Positions 48,743-59,018 of a stretch of 64,000 bases of DNA are shown in pieces (the first letter of the stretch is position 1; the number at the start of each line of letters is the position of its first letter). Position numbers and translations under genes: made by a program. Under the pieces are notes generated by a model. It saw only the letters and a program-made list of their open reading frames with translations, ran no database searches and was not told the origin of the DNA. The stretch is from an uncultured Granulicatella sp. (GTDB taxonomy: Bacteria > Bacillota > Bacilli > Lactobacillales > Aerococcaceae), in contig NZ_CALHIF010000039.1 in the NCBI RefSeq assembly GCF_938030755.1, positions 28,274-92,273 of the forward strand. Direction: 5' to 3'.

Positions 48743-51298
48743 ATGCCACAAAAAACGAAACACACACCGATGATGCAACAATATTTTTCGATTAAAGAAA
48801 AGTATCCTGATTGCTTATTGTTCTATCGACTAGGTGATTTCTATGAATTGTTTTATGATGATGCGATTGAAGCAGCACGACTTCTCGAAATTACACTAAC
48901 CAGTCGAAATAAAAATGCAGAGGACCCAATTCCAATGTGTGGAGTTCCTCATCATGCCGCAAAAGAATATATTAAAACCCTGATTGAACTTGGAAAGAAA
49001 GTAGCTATCTGTGAGCAGTTGGAAGATCCAAAGCTAACAAAGGGAATGGTGAAACGAGACGTTGTTCAAGTCTTGACGCCAGGGACGTATACCGAATACC
49101 AAGCGCAAAATCAAAACCATTACTTAGTATCGATTTTACCGCTTGTTGGAAAACGATATGCACTGTCATATGTCGATGTGTCTACAGGGGAATTAAAAGT
49201 GACACAACTCGAGAATTTGGAAGAAGTACGTAGCGAATGCTCAACCTTGATGTGTCGTGAAGTTGTTCTTATCGATAGCGATGTGACAGAAGAACTTCGC
49301 CATCTCTTTACAAGCATGCAAATCTTAATTTCAACCATTGAAAAAGACCAAATTGACATCGAAGACTGCACAGACTTAGTCTCAGAACTAGAAGATGAGG
49401 CTTCTATTCGATGTTTGCAAAATCTATTAAGCTATTTGAAACTCACTCAAAAGAGAAGCTTTTCGCATTTACAAAAGGCCAAGGCGTATCAAAGCGAGTT
49501 CTATCTCTCAATGAATTATGAGACAAAACGGAACTTAGAATTAACGACGACGATTCGTGCTAATCAAAAACATGGCTCGCTGTTCTGGTTTTTAGATGAG
49601 ACGCAAACAGCTATGGGCGGACGTCTCCTCAAACAATGGCTTGAAAAACCTCTAGTATTAGAAGGAGCAATTCAAAAACGCCATGCACTTGTGGAAACAT
49701 TGAACCAACATTACTTCGAACGTACAGACTTTATCGAAACATTGAAACGTGTGTACGACTTAGAACGCATTGTTGGGAAAGTGTCATTTGGAACCGCCAA
49801 TGCGCGTGACCTTTTACAACTCAAACAAACACTTGGACAAGTGCCCATCTTTAAATCGATTGTCGATAGCTTGGACTCTAAAGAATGGAGTGCTCTTGGA
49901 GAAAACTTATTCGATATTCCTGAGTTATATGATTTAATCGACCGTGCCATCGATGAGGATGCGCCACTGACGATTTCAGATGGAAATATTATCCGTTCAG
50001 GGTATAACGCTACCTTGGATACGTACCGCGATACGATGAAACATGGGAAAGAATGGATTGCCGCATTGCAACAACAAGAACGGGAGCAAACAGGCATTAG
50101 TTCATTAAAGATTAGTTTCAACAAGGTGTTTGGATACTATATCGAAGTCACAAAATCGAATTTATCGAAACTCGATAGCAGTCGTTATGAGCGTAAACAA
50201 ACGCTGGCGAATGCGGAACGTTTTATTACGCCTGAGTTAAAAGAAAAAGAAACGCTGATTTTAGAAGCGGAAGAAAAATCAAGCGCACTGGAATATCAAT
50301 TATTCGTAGAAGTGCGTGAACAGGTGAAACACTATACCGCCCAGTTGCAACAATTGGCAAAAACGGTCGCAACCATCGACGTCTTACAAGCCTTCAGTGT
50401 GGTGAGCGAACGTTATCACTTAGTGAAACCTACCATTTCGATGAAGAACCGTCGACTTTGGATTGAAGATGGTCGCCATCCGGTCGTTGAAAAGGTCATG
50501 GGACAATCAACATATGTACCTAATAGTATTTCAATGAGTCCAGAGGAACACATTCTTCTCATTACAGGTCCAAATATGTCTGGTAAATCAACTTACATGA
50601 GACAGTTAGCACTCTCGGTCATCTTAGCGCAAATCGGATGTTTTGTACCTGCTAAGAGTGCAACGATTCCAGTCTTCACGAAAATCTTTACGCGTATTGG
50701 GGCAGCCGATGATTTAATTTCTGGCCAAAGTACATTCATGGTAGAGATGATGGAAACAAACCACGCACTAAGAAATGCAGACGAAACAAGCTTATTATTA
50801 TTTGACGAAATCGGACGTGGAACAGCTACGTATGATGGAATGGCACTTGCTGAAGCGATTATCACATATATTCATGAGCATTTATCTGCAAAAGTATTAT
50901 TCTCAACGCACTATCACGAGTTAACAAGACTCAGCAAAAAATATGCAGATTTACGCAATGTGCATGTAGGAGCCGTTGAAGAAAATGGCGAAGTGGTCTT
51001 CTTGCATAAAGTATTAGAAGGACCTGCCGATAAGAGCTACGGAATTCATGTGGCTAAACTGGCTGGACTTCCAAGTGAGCTGCTAGAAAATGCCAGCACG
51101 ATTTTAAATCATTTAGAAGCTAAAGGGGCTGCAAATGAAAATAGCACCTATGTGGAACAAGTATCGCTCTTTGAAGAGGAAACAGCGACGGTTCCTGAAT
51201 GGGTTCACGAGCTTAAAGGATTAAACTTAATGAGCATGACGCCAATGGATGCGATGAACATCCTGTATAAATGGCAACAAATGGAAAAGGGTGAGTAG
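48743..51298 (+). CDS. mutS: DNA mismatch repair protein MutS
   Basis: N-terminal TPMMQQY...GDFYE mismatch-binding motif and Walker A GPNMSGKST. 851 aa. Confidence 0.97.
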   Translation: MPQKTKHTPMMQQYFSIKEKYPDCLLFYRLGDFYELFYDDAIEAARLLEITLTSRNKNAEDPIPMCGVPHHAAKEYIKTLIELGKKVAICEQLEDPKLTKGMVKRDVVQVLTPGTYTEYQAQNQNHYLVSILPLVGKRYALSYVDVSTGELKVTQLENLEEVRSECSTLMCREVVLIDSDVTEELRHLFTSMQILISTIEKDQIDIEDCTDLVSELEDEASIRCLQNLLSYLKLTQKRSFSHLQKAKAYQSEFYLSMNYETKRNLELTTTIRANQKHGSLFWFLDETQTAMGGRLLKQWLEKPLVLEGAIQKRHALVETLNQHYFERTDFIETLKRVYDLERIVGKVSFGTANARDLLQLKQTLGQVPIFKSIVDSLDSKEWSALGENLFDIPELYDLIDRAIDEDAPLTISDGNIIRSGYNATLDTYRDTMKHGKEWIAALQQQEREQTGISSLKISFNKVFGYYIEVTKSNLSKLDSSRYERKQTLANAERFITPELKEKETLILEAEEKSSALEYQLFVEVREQVKHYTAQLQQLAKTVATIDVLQAFSVVSERYHLVKPTISMKNRRLWIEDGRHPVVEKVMGQSTYVPNSISMSPEEHILLITGPNMSGKSTYMRQLALSVILAQIGCFVPAKSATIPVFTKIFTRIGAADDLISGQSTFMVEMMETNHALRNADETSLLLFDEIGRGTATYDGMALAEAIITYIHEHLSAKVLFSTHYHELTRLSKKYADLRNVHVGAVEENGEVVFLHKVLEGPADKSYGIHVAKLAGLPSELLENASTILNHLEAKGAANENSTYVEQVSLFEEETATVPEWVHELKGLNLMSMTPMDAMNILYKWQQMEKGE

Positions 51299-51301
51299 TG
51301 T

Positions 51302-53212
51302 ATGGGAACAATTAAAGAATTAAATCCATTACTGACAAACCAAATTGCAGCAGGGGAAGTGATTGAACGACCTGCTTCTGTGGTGAAAGAATTACTCGAA
51401 AACGCGATCGACGCTGGGAGTACTCGTATCGAGATTGACATCGAAGAGAGTGGACTTCGCAAAATCCGCATTCAAGATAATGGAATCGGGATGACGAAAG
51501 AGGACGCTCGTATGTCGATTAAACGTCATACAACGAGTAAACTCTATTCGCCGGAACAACTCTTTAGAATCCGTACGCTTGGGTTCCGTGGGGAAGCCTT
51601 GGCGAGTATTACGGCTGTATCGAAAGTGACGCTAACGACTTCAACCGGAGAGGACAGCGGCGTGGAGTTGACGATTGAGTCTGGTGAAATCAAAGAAGAG
51701 AAGACCGTTCCGCCATTAAAAGGAACGACTTTCCTTGTTGAAGATTTGTTTTATAACACACCAGCCAGGTTGAAATTCGTTCGCACATTGCAAACGGAAT
51801 TAGCGCATATTACCGATGTGGTGAGTAAGGCTTCCCTTAGTCACCCAGAAATTGCCTTTGTGTTAAAAAATGATGGCAATCTGTTACTGCAAACCTCTGG
51901 GAAAGGGGATTTACTACAAGCTGTTGCTGGAAATATTGGACCCGTAAATGCGCGTAAGATGTTACCTTTTAGTGGAGAAGACGAAGATTTCAAAGTTTCT
52001 GGATATACGTCGCTCCCAGAACTCACACGTTCGAACCGCAATTACTTATCAATTTTCATTAATGGACGACCAATCCGAAACATGGCTATCGCAAAGGCCA
52101 TTACATTAGGATACGGCTCAACATTGATGGTGGGACGATTCCCGATTACGATTATTTCGATTGAAATGGACGTACAACTCGTCGATGTGAACGTGCATCC
52201 AACGAAACAAGAAGTTCGAATTAGTAAAGAACAAGAACTCTCACAGGTCATTCAAAAGGCGATTAGAGAGGCAATACAGGGTGTACAACGGATTCCTGAG
52301 TCAATCGAAGACTTATCCTTCAAACGCAAAGAAAATCGCATAGAGGCACCAAAACCAGTCCAACAAACTTTGGAGTGGCAATTGAAGACACCTATTGTGG
52401 AGCCTACTCGCGTAGAAACACCTTCTTATTCAGAAAATGTAAGAGAAGAAGTGGAAGTTCTACCGGTCGATGATGCGCCTATTCAAGTAAGGAAAGTAGT
52501 TGAACCTGTCCTTCAAGAAAAACTCGTGGACAGCCACGATGACCATGCAGACTACTTGAAATTGGCTGAGAAAATCGACGCTCAACCATTTGAAAAAGAA
52601 TTCCCAGAATTACATTATTTTGGACAAATGCATGGAACTTACTTATTTGCACAAAACGAAAAAGGCTTGTATATGATTGACCAACATGCCGCCCAAGAAC
52701 GGATTAAATATGAACAGTTCAAAGTGGAAATCGGTCAAGTAGGAAGAGTGAGTCAACCACTAATGGTTCCGATATTACTAGAGTTCTCGAAAAAAGATAG
52801 TGTGAAATTGGAAGAACGTTTATCTTTTGTTGAAGAGTTTGGAATTGAGATGGAACCATTTGGGCAAAATACGTTCCAAATTCAATCACATCCAGCGTGG
52901 ATTAAGAAGGGACAGGAGAAGGCGATTATTGAAGAAATTATCGACTTTATTCTAGCCGACGAGAAGATTACGGTTGCTAAATTAAGAGAAGCTACAGCCA
53001 TTATGATGAGTTGTAAAGGTTCGATTAAAGCCAACCACCACTTAAGTGAATGGGAAGCACGCCAGTTATTAGTGGATTTAGCCAAATGTAAAAATCCTTA
53101 TAACTGTCCGCACGGCAGACCTGTACTCGTTCATTTAACGAATAAGGATTTGGAACATCTCTTCAAGAGAATTCAAGATCCACATCAATCGAAACGACAA
53201 CAATTTGAATAG
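51302..53212 (+). CDS. mutL: DNA mismatch repair endonuclease MutL
   Basis: GHKL ATPase N-terminus [27 protein letters not shown], and a C-terminal endonuclease motif region ([18 protein letters not shown]). Confidence 0.97.
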   Translation: MGTIKELNPLLTNQIAAGEVIERPASVVKELLENAIDAGSTRIEIDIEESGLRKIRIQDNGIGMTKEDARMSIKRHTTSKLYSPEQLFRIRTLGFRGEALASITAVSKVTLTTSTGEDSGVELTIESGEIKEEKTVPPLKGTTFLVEDLFYNTPARLKFVRTLQTELAHITDVVSKASLSHPEIAFVLKNDGNLLLQTSGKGDLLQAVAGNIGPVNARKMLPFSGEDEDFKVSGYTSLPELTRSNRNYLSIFINGRPIRNMAIAKAITLGYGSTLMVGRFPITIISIEMDVQLVDVNVHPTKQEVRISKEQELSQVIQKAIREAIQGVQRIPESIEDLSFKRKENRIEAPKPVQQTLEWQLKTPIVEPTRVETPSYSENVREEVEVLPVDDAPIQVRKVVEPVLQEKLVDSHDDHADYLKLAEKIDAQPFEKEFPELHYFGQMHGTYLFAQNEKGLYMIDQHAAQERIKYEQFKVEIGQVGRVSQPLMVPILLEFSKKDSVKLEERLSFVEEFGIEMEPFGQNTFQIQSHPAWIKKGQEKAIIEEIIDFILADEKITVAKLREATAIMMSCKGSIKANHHLSEWEARQLLVDLAKCKNPYNCPHGRPVLVHLTNKDLEHLFKRIQDPHQSKRQQFE

Positions 53213-53223
53213 GAGAGACCACG

Positions 53224-53658
53224 ATGGAATTTTCAAAAGAAGAATTAAAAAAACGTTTAACAGAAATTCAATATGAAGTGACTCAAAATGAAGCCACAGA
53301 AAGGCCATTCACCGGAGAATATGATGATTTCTACGAAGAAGGAATCTATGTAGATATCGTCAGTGGAGAACCACTTTTCAGCTCAAAAGATAAATTTGAT
53401 GCAGGATGTGGTTGGCCATCATTTTCAAAACCAATTGAAAATACAACTCTAACGGAGAAAGAAGATTACAAACTAAGCCGTAAAAGAACTGAAGTAAGAA
53501 GTGGAAAAGCAGATTCACATTTAGGACACGTCTTTGAAGACGGTCCAAAAGAATTAGGTGGACTACGTTATTGCATTAATTCAGCGTCTCTTCGCTTTAT
53601 CCCAGTTGATAAACTCGAAGAGGAAGGATACGGAGAGTTTCTTCAATATTTTAAATAA
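53224..53658 (+). CDS. msrB: Cytoplasmic peptide-methionine (R)-S-oxide reductase MsrB
   Basis: CGWPSF and RYCINS motifs. 144 aa with no signal peptide. Confidence 0.93.
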   Translation: MEFSKEELKKRLTEIQYEVTQNEATERPFTGEYDDFYEEGIYVDIVSGEPLFSSKDKFDAGCGWPSFSKPIENTTLTEKEDYKLSRKRTEVRSGKADSHLGHVFEDGPKELGGLRYCINSASLRFIPVDKLEEEGYGEFLQYFK

Positions 53659-53684
53659 AGATCTGTATGCTCCTTATTATATGG

Positions 53685-53717
53685 AAAATCCGGGGTGGAA
53701 ACCTCGGATTTTTTTGA
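53685..53717 (+). terminator. Rho-independent terminator of msrB
   Basis: Stem AAAATCCGGGG / CCTCGGATTTT (one mismatch) plus T7. Confidence 0.7.
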
Positions 53718-53936
53718 TCCTATCATACTTTTTATGAATGTTTTATTGCGGAATGAACATAAAAAATGGTAATATAGAGTGCTCGATGAATTAAATGATC
53801 AAAAAATCGAGATAAAAACAGTCAAATAAATGTGGTTATGAACGTTTTCGATTTTTAATATCCGTTTCGAAAACAGGAATATTTCCTAAAAAGTAAAGAT
53901 AAATAACGTAATTACTATAAGATATCATGCTTCTTC

Positions 53937-53965
53937 TTGACAGAGGCTACAGGCTATGGTAAATA
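53937..53965 (+). promoter_or_regulatory. SigA-type promoter of xfp
   Basis: TTGACA (53937-53942), 17 nt spacer, TAAATA (53960-53965). Confidence 0.55.
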
Positions 53966-54047
53966 CTTGTCGATTAAAAAATGATAATTTTTTGAATCGG
54001 CTTTTCTGATTTTTTAGGAAACCAAAAACAAGAAGGGAAGAAAATAC

Positions 54048-56417
54048 ATGACACAATTTGATACACCAGAATACTTAGCAAAGGTGGATGCTTGGTGGCG
54101 TGCAGCGAACTACATTTCAGTAGCTCAAATGTACTTAAAAGATAACCCACTTTTACGTCGTCCAATCCAAAAAGAAGACGTTAAACTTCATCCAATCGGA
54201 CACTGGGGAACAATCGCAGGACAAAACTTTATTTATGCGCACTTAAACCGTGCTATTAATAAATATGACTTAGATATGTTCTACATTGAAGGACCAGGTC
54301 ATGGTGGACAAGTAATGGTTTCTAACTCTTACTTAGATGGATCTTACACAGAGTTATACCCACAAATCACTCAAGATGAAGCAGGGTTCAAACAATTATG
54401 TAAAATCTTCTCATTCCCTGGAGGAATTGCGTCTCACGCGGCTCCAGAAACTCCTGGTTCAATTCACGAAGGTGGAGAATTAGGTTACTCATTATCACAT
54501 GCTACAGGTGCAATCCTAGATAATCCAAACGTAATTGCAGCGGCAGTTATCGGTGACGGAGAAGCAGAAACTGGTCCTTTAGCAGCAGGTTGGTTCTCTA
54601 ACACATTCATCAACCCAGTAAACGATGGTGCCGTTTTACCAATCCTTTACTTAAACGGTGGAAAAATCCACAACCCAACTATTTTAGCTCGTCGTACGGA
54701 TGAAGAGTTAACACAATTCTTCAATGGTTTAGGATGGGATCCAATCTTCGTAGAAGGAACAGATCCTGAAAAAGTTCACCCATTAATGGCTGCTAAATTA
54801 GATGAAGCAATTGAAAAAATTCAAGCAATTCAAAAAGAAGCTCGTGCTAAGAGCGCTGAAGAAGCTACAATGCCACATTGGCCAGTATTAGTAGTACGCA
54901 CTCCTAAAGGTTGGACAGGTCCAAAAGAATGGAACCATGAACCAATCGAAGGAGGATTCCGTGCTCACCAAGTTCCAATTCCAGTATCTGGAGAAACTAT
55001 GGAACACATCGATAGTTTATTAGACTGGTTGAAATCATACCGTCCAGAAGAATTATTCGATGAAAATGGTAAATTAGTAGAAGAAATTGCTGCAATTTCT
55101 CCAAAAGGCCCACGTCGTATGAGCATGAACCCAATCACTAACGCAGGGGTTGTAAAACCAATGGAAATTACTGATTGGACTAAACATGCAATTGATACTT
55201 CTAAACCAGGTGCTATCCAAAAACAAGATATGATTGAATTTGGTAAATTTGCTGCTGACTTAGTAAAAGCAAACCCAGATAACTTCCGTATCTTCGGACC
55301 AGACGAAACTAAATCTAACCGTCTAAATGAAGTCTTCAAAGCAACGAACCGTCAATGGGTTGGTCGTCGTGACGAAAGCTATGATGAATGGATTTCACCA
55401 GTTGGTCGTGTTATCGACTCACAATTATCAGAACACCAAGCTGAAGGATTCTTAGAAGGTTATGTATTAACAGGTCGTCACGGATTCTTCGCATCTTACG
55501 AATCATTCTTACGTGTAGTGGACTCAATGATTACTCAACACTTCAAATGGTTACGTAAAGCTAAAACTCACGCTCCATGGCGTAAAAACTATCCATCATT
55601 AAACTTGATTGCAACATCAACAGTGTTCCAACAAGACCACAATGGATATACTCACCAAGATCCAGGTTTATTAACACACTTAGCTGAGAAAAAACCTGAA
55701 TTCGTACGTGAATACTTACCAGCGGATACAAACAGTTTAATGGCTGTTATGGCTGAAGCTTTAAGTTCAGAAGATAAAATTAACTTAATCGTTTCTTCAA
55801 AACACCCACGTCCACAATTCTATTCTGTAGAAGAAGCTAAAGAGTTGGTACGTGAAGGTTACAAAGTAATTGATTGGGCTTCAACGGTGAAAGAAGGAGA
55901 AGAACCAGACGTAGTGATCGCTGCTGCAGGTACTGAACCAAACTTAGAAGCATTAGCAGGTATCTCAATCTTGCACAAACAATTCCCAGAATTGAAGATT
56001 CGCTTCATCAACGTAGTAGATATCTTGAAATTACGTTCTCCAAAAGTGGACCCACGTGGTTTATCTGACGAAGAATTTGATAAATTATTTACTGCTGACA
56101 AACCAGTTGTATTCTGCTTCCACGGTTATGAAGGTATGATTCGTGACTTATTCTTTGATCGCAACAACCATAACGTTCATATCCACGGATACCGTGAAAA
56201 CGGAGATATCACAACTCCATTCGATATGCGTGTATTATCTGAAATGGACCGATTCCACGTTGCTAAAGACGCTGCTGTTGCTGTTTACGGTGACAAAGCT
56301 AGCGAATTTGCTGCGAAAATGGACGAGACTGTGGAATTCCACCACAGCTACATCCGTGAACACGGGGAAGATATTCCTGAAGTTGTGAGCTGGCAATGGG
56401 AAAATGTGAATAAATAA
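54048..56417 (+). CDS. xfp: Xylulose-5-phosphate/fructose-6-phosphate phosphoketolase
   Basis: 789 aa. EGPGHGG and [14 protein letters not shown] signature motifs, with GDGEAETG as the ThDP motif. Confidence 0.96.
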   Translation: MTQFDTPEYLAKVDAWWRAANYISVAQMYLKDNPLLRRPIQKEDVKLHPIGHWGTIAGQNFIYAHLNRAINKYDLDMFYIEGPGHGGQVMVSNSYLDGSYTELYPQITQDEAGFKQLCKIFSFPGGIASHAAPETPGSIHEGGELGYSLSHATGAILDNPNVIAAAVIGDGEAETGPLAAGWFSNTFINPVNDGAVLPILYLNGGKIHNPTILARRTDEELTQFFNGLGWDPIFVEGTDPEKVHPLMAAKLDEAIEKIQAIQKEARAKSAEEATMPHWPVLVVRTPKGWTGPKEWNHEPIEGGFRAHQVPIPVSGETMEHIDSLLDWLKSYRPEELFDENGKLVEEIAAISPKGPRRMSMNPITNAGVVKPMEITDWTKHAIDTSKPGAIQKQDMIEFGKFAADLVKANPDNFRIFGPDETKSNRLNEVFKATNRQWVGRRDESYDEWISPVGRVIDSQLSEHQAEGFLEGYVLTGRHGFFASYESFLRVVDSMITQHFKWLRKAKTHAPWRKNYPSLNLIATSTVFQQDHNGYTHQDPGLLTHLAEKKPEFVREYLPADTNSLMAVMAEALSSEDKINLIVSSKHPRPQFYSVEEAKELVREGYKVIDWASTVKEGEEPDVVIAAAGTEPNLEALAGISILHKQFPELKIRFINVVDILKLRSPKVDPRGLSDEEFDKLFTADKPVVFCFHGYEGMIRDLFFDRNNHNVHIHGYRENGDITTPFDMRVLSEMDRFHVAKDAAVAVYGDKASEFAAKMDETVEFHHSYIREHGEDIPEVVSWQWENVNK

Positions 56418-56426
56418 TTCATCTAA

Positions 56427-56457
56427 CAGGGTGCCTCAGAAATGAGGCACTCCTTTT
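56427..56457 (+). terminator. Rho-independent terminator of xfp
   Basis: Stem GTGCCTCA / TGAGGCAC (GAAA loop), with extension, plus TTTT. Confidence 0.75.
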
Positions 56458-56471
56458 GTGCTGAGAAGAAT

Positions 56472-56681
56472 ATAAAATATAATAAATAATTACTCCGGAA
56501 CCTTCGGTTTCTGTAATAATCGCTGTAGTGGGGTACTGGTTCGAGCCTAAGGTCTCTCACCTTTAAAGCCTCAAAGTAGGAGTAAGGAATAAATTCCTAA
56601 CTCCTACTAATTCGCATTTAATACGATTCCCACCACTGCGATTATAGAAACTCGAAGTTCCTTCGTAATCATTTATTTTAT
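56472..56681. repeat. ~210-bp nested palindromic element (MITE-like or structured RNA)
   Basis: ~60-nt imperfect inverted arms: 56472-56533 against 56627-56681, roughly three quarters of positions complementary by eye. They enclose a 16-bp inner hairpin AGTAGGAGTAAGGAAT / ATTCCTAACTCCTACT (56575-56608). Confidence 0.6.
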
Positions 56682-56883
56682 AGTGCAAAAAATAATCATT
56701 TCTAAGGTAGCCTGTCAGTGGAGGAGGAAAAGGGGAAATAATTACTCTAAATCTTTGCGGATTTAATATATCTGTTGCTTCATCGACTAATATATAATGC
56801 TTTTCTGAGGCATAATGTTAGAGAAGGTGGAGGAGATAAAAAGGAGTTTTGATAGATATTTTCAAAAAAATGAAAATATATGG

Positions 56884-56912
56884 TTGACTTTCAAAAAAAT
56901 ATGTGTTAATTT
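56884..56912 (+). promoter_or_regulatory. SigA-type promoter (extended -10) of the L-box leader
   Basis: TTGACT (56884-56889), 17 nt spacer, TAATTT (56907-56912), preceded by a TG dinucleotide one nt upstream of the -10 (TGT-TAATTT). Confidence 0.5.
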
Positions 56913-56934
56913 ATGTTCAACAATTAAATCAAAT

Positions 56935-57150
56935 GGTTATTGAACTGAGGTGCGGATGACAAGAGTACAGGAAACTGGAAAGGGGATTTCGCCGAAACGT
57001 GAAAACGTTGGGGGCTGGTCATAATAGGTCAGTCACTGTCATGATATCTGCCCAGATACTCATGAAGTGCAATCAATTACCGGGCAAAAGAATGACTACT
57101 TATGACTTTTTTATGGGGAATCACGGCTTTTGTTCGTGGTTCCTTTTTTT
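56935..57150 (+). promoter_or_regulatory. Lysine (L-box) riboswitch with intrinsic terminator
   Basis: Conserved L-box blocks are present in order: TGAGGTGCG, AGAGTA, GGAAAGGGG, CGCCGAAAC, CACTGTCA, GAAGTGC. A terminator follows: GGAATCACG / CGTGGTTCC (57117-57143) plus T7. Confidence 0.8.
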
Positions 57151-57196
57151 GTGTGATGAGTGAACCAGTTTGATAATCGAGAAGGAGAGAAAGAAA

Positions 57197-58021
57197 ATGA
57201 AAAAAATTTTAGGCGCAATTGCAGCTTTGGCAATGACAGTAGGATTAGCAGCGTGTGGAACACCTGTTAGTCAAGGGACAGCAAATCAAAACCAATTAGT
57301 GGTTGGGATGGAAGCTGGTTACCCACCATTCAACTGGACTCAAAACGACGATTCAAACGGTGCGGTAAAAATTCAAGGGACAGACCAATACGCTGGTGGT
57401 TATGACGTTGAAATCGCAAAACGTGTAGCTAAACAATTAGGAAAAGAATTAGTTATTGTTAAAACTGAGTGGGATGGCTTAACACCAGCTCTTGTTTCAA
57501 GTAAAATAGATGCAATCATTGCTGGTATGAGTCCTACTGAAGAACGTAAAGCGACAATCGACTTCACAGATTCTTACTATGATTCACAATTAGTATTAGT
57601 CGTTAAAAAAGGTTCTAAATATGCAAATGCTACTTCGTTAGCAGATTTCTCTGGTGCTAAAGTAACGGCTCAATTAAATACTTTCCATTACTCAGTAATT
57701 GACCAAATTCCTGGTGTCGACAAACAAACTGCGATGGATAACTTCCCAGCAATGCGTGTAGCTTTACAATCTGGAACAATTGACGCTTACGTTTCTGAAT
57801 TACCAGAAGCAATTTCTGCTCAAGCAGCAAACAGCGACTTCGTAATGGTTAAATTATCAGATGGATTCAAAACATCACCAGAAGACACACAAACAGCTGT
57901 TGGTGTGAGAAAAGATAGCTCACTAACAAAAGAAATTAACGAAGCATTAAAAACAATTTCTAGTGAAGAACGTCAACAAATCATGCAAGAAGCAATTAAG
58001 AATCAACCTGCTGCTGAGTAG
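57197..58021 (+). CDS. Amino-acid ABC transporter substrate-binding lipoprotein (family 3); probable lysine specificity inferred from the L-box
   Basis: Lipobox TVGLAACG. SBP_bac_3 blocks (GYPPFNW, YAGGYDVEIAK, IDAIIAGMSPTEER). ATG 57197 follows GAAGGAGAG. Confidence 0.9.
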   Translation: MKKILGAIAALAMTVGLAACGTPVSQGTANQNQLVVGMEAGYPPFNWTQNDDSNGAVKIQGTDQYAGGYDVEIAKRVAKQLGKELVIVKTEWDGLTPALVSSKIDAIIAGMSPTEERKATIDFTDSYYDSQLVLVVKKGSKYANATSLADFSGAKVTAQLNTFHYSVIDQIPGVDKQTAMDNFPAMRVALQSGTIDAYVSELPEAISAQAANSDFVMVKLSDGFKTSPEDTQTAVGVRKDSSLTKEINEALKTISSEERQQIMQEAIKNQPAAE

Positions 58022-58238
58022 GATGTGAGACATCGCGCTCAGAAATGGAACGTTGGACCGGAACGCCGGAAGGAACGTGAAACGTTCTTCGGACGTTTCG
58101 GGAAACGCACGCCATTTCTGCGATGGCGAGCTCAACTACAAAACTGCGCCAAGGAAATCGCAGAATACAGAAAACAAACATAACACACCGCCACCTCGTG
58201 TGGCGTATACATACAATTTATAGAAAGTAGGAAAATAA
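58022..58238 (+). repeat. GC-rich structured intercistronic element with GGAACG-type repeats
   Basis: Starts right after the binding-protein stop. 9-bp closing stem CAGAAATGG (58040-58048) / CCATTTCTG (58112-58120). Six (G)GAACG-like motifs at 58047, 58060, 58072, 58079, 58091 and 58101. Further hairpins at 58144-58163 and 58189-58205. No T-run. Confidence 0.6.
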
Positions 58239-59018
58239 ATGAGTATTGATTGGATTGTAAAAATCATTCAACAGAACTGGCAAATGTTTTTAACAGGTGC
58301 TTGGATTACACTATATATTTCAATTATTGGTACAATTATTGGGACATTAATCGGGATGTTTATCGGATTTGTTAAAACAATTCCACTTCCAGAAAAAGGA
58401 TCTAAACGCATCCTTTTAAAAATTGCAGTTATCATTTTAAACTGTTATACAGAATTCTTCCGTGGAACACCGATGATCGTACAAGCGATGGTAATTTATT
58501 ATGGAACAGCTTTAATGTTTGGAATCAACTTAGATGTCACATTCGCTGCGATTTTCATCGTATCGATTAACACAGGGGCTTATATGTCAGAAATCGTTCG
58601 CGGTGGGATTATTTCTATCGATCAAGGACAATTTGAAGCCAGCCAAGCTATCGGGATGACACACTGGCAAACAATGCGCTATGTTGTTTTCCCACAAGTA
58701 CTTCGTAACATCCTTCCTGCAGTAGGGAACGAGTTCGTTATCAACATCAAAGATACTTCTGTATTGAACGTAATTTCAGTTTCAGAATTGTACTTTGCGA
58801 CAAAAACAGTTGCGGGTCAAAACTTCCGTTACTTCGATACATTCTTTGTCACACTAATTTTATACTTCATCATGACATTCACGGTGACTCGTATTTTACG
58901 TTACTTCGAGCGTAAATTAGACGGTCCAGATAACTATGAAGTGATTTATTCAGATCCATTGAACTCAAATTCAATGTCAGCAGTCGAAGAAAAAACTAGA
59001 CAGAAAGGAAATGTATAA
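58239..59018 (+). CDS. Amino-acid ABC transporter permease (His/Glu/Gln/Arg/opine family)
   Basis: Five TM helices and the EAA loop [22 protein letters not shown]. Confidence 0.92.
   Translation: MSIDWIVKIIQQNWQMFLTGAWITLYISIIGTIIGTLIGMFIGFVKTIPLPEKGSKRILLKIAVIILNCYTEFFRGTPMIVQAMVIYYGTALMFGINLDVTFAAIFIVSINTGAYMSEIVRGGIISIDQGQFEASQAIGMTHWQTMRYVVFPQVLRNILPAVGNEFVINIKDTSVLNVISVSELYFATKTVAGQNFRYFDTFFVTLILYFIMTFTVTRILRYFERKLDGPDNYEVIYSDPLNSNSMSAVEEKTRQKGNV

Noticed and set aside
53861-53890. Weak resemblance to the streptococcal XerS dif site (difSL)
   Set aside because: Only about 17 of 28 positions match, in AT-rich sequence. There is no switch in gene orientation here, and the site sits in a promoter region.
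56528-56552. tRNA-like T-arm sequence GGTTCGAGCC inside the palindromic element
   Set aside because: Only the TTCGA loop motif is present. No acceptor, D or anticodon stems can be drawn, so it is not a tRNA gene or an obvious tRNA fragment.
56815-56949. 44-codon ORF (MLEKVEEIKRSFDRYFQKNENIWLTFKK...) upstream of the L-box
   Set aside because: Its 3' half overlaps the predicted promoter and the first helix of the lysine riboswitch. RBS spacing is poor (4 nt), and it has no family features.
970-58238. Idea that the three hairpin-rich regions (970-1543, 56461-56700, 58022-58238) are copies of one repeat family
   Set aside because: The only shared strings I found are 9-10-mers (AGTAGGAGT, TACTCTAAAT, TGGACCGGA, CGGAAGGA-like). 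For regions of this size about one such match is expected by chance, so I report them separately. A genome-wide search is needed.
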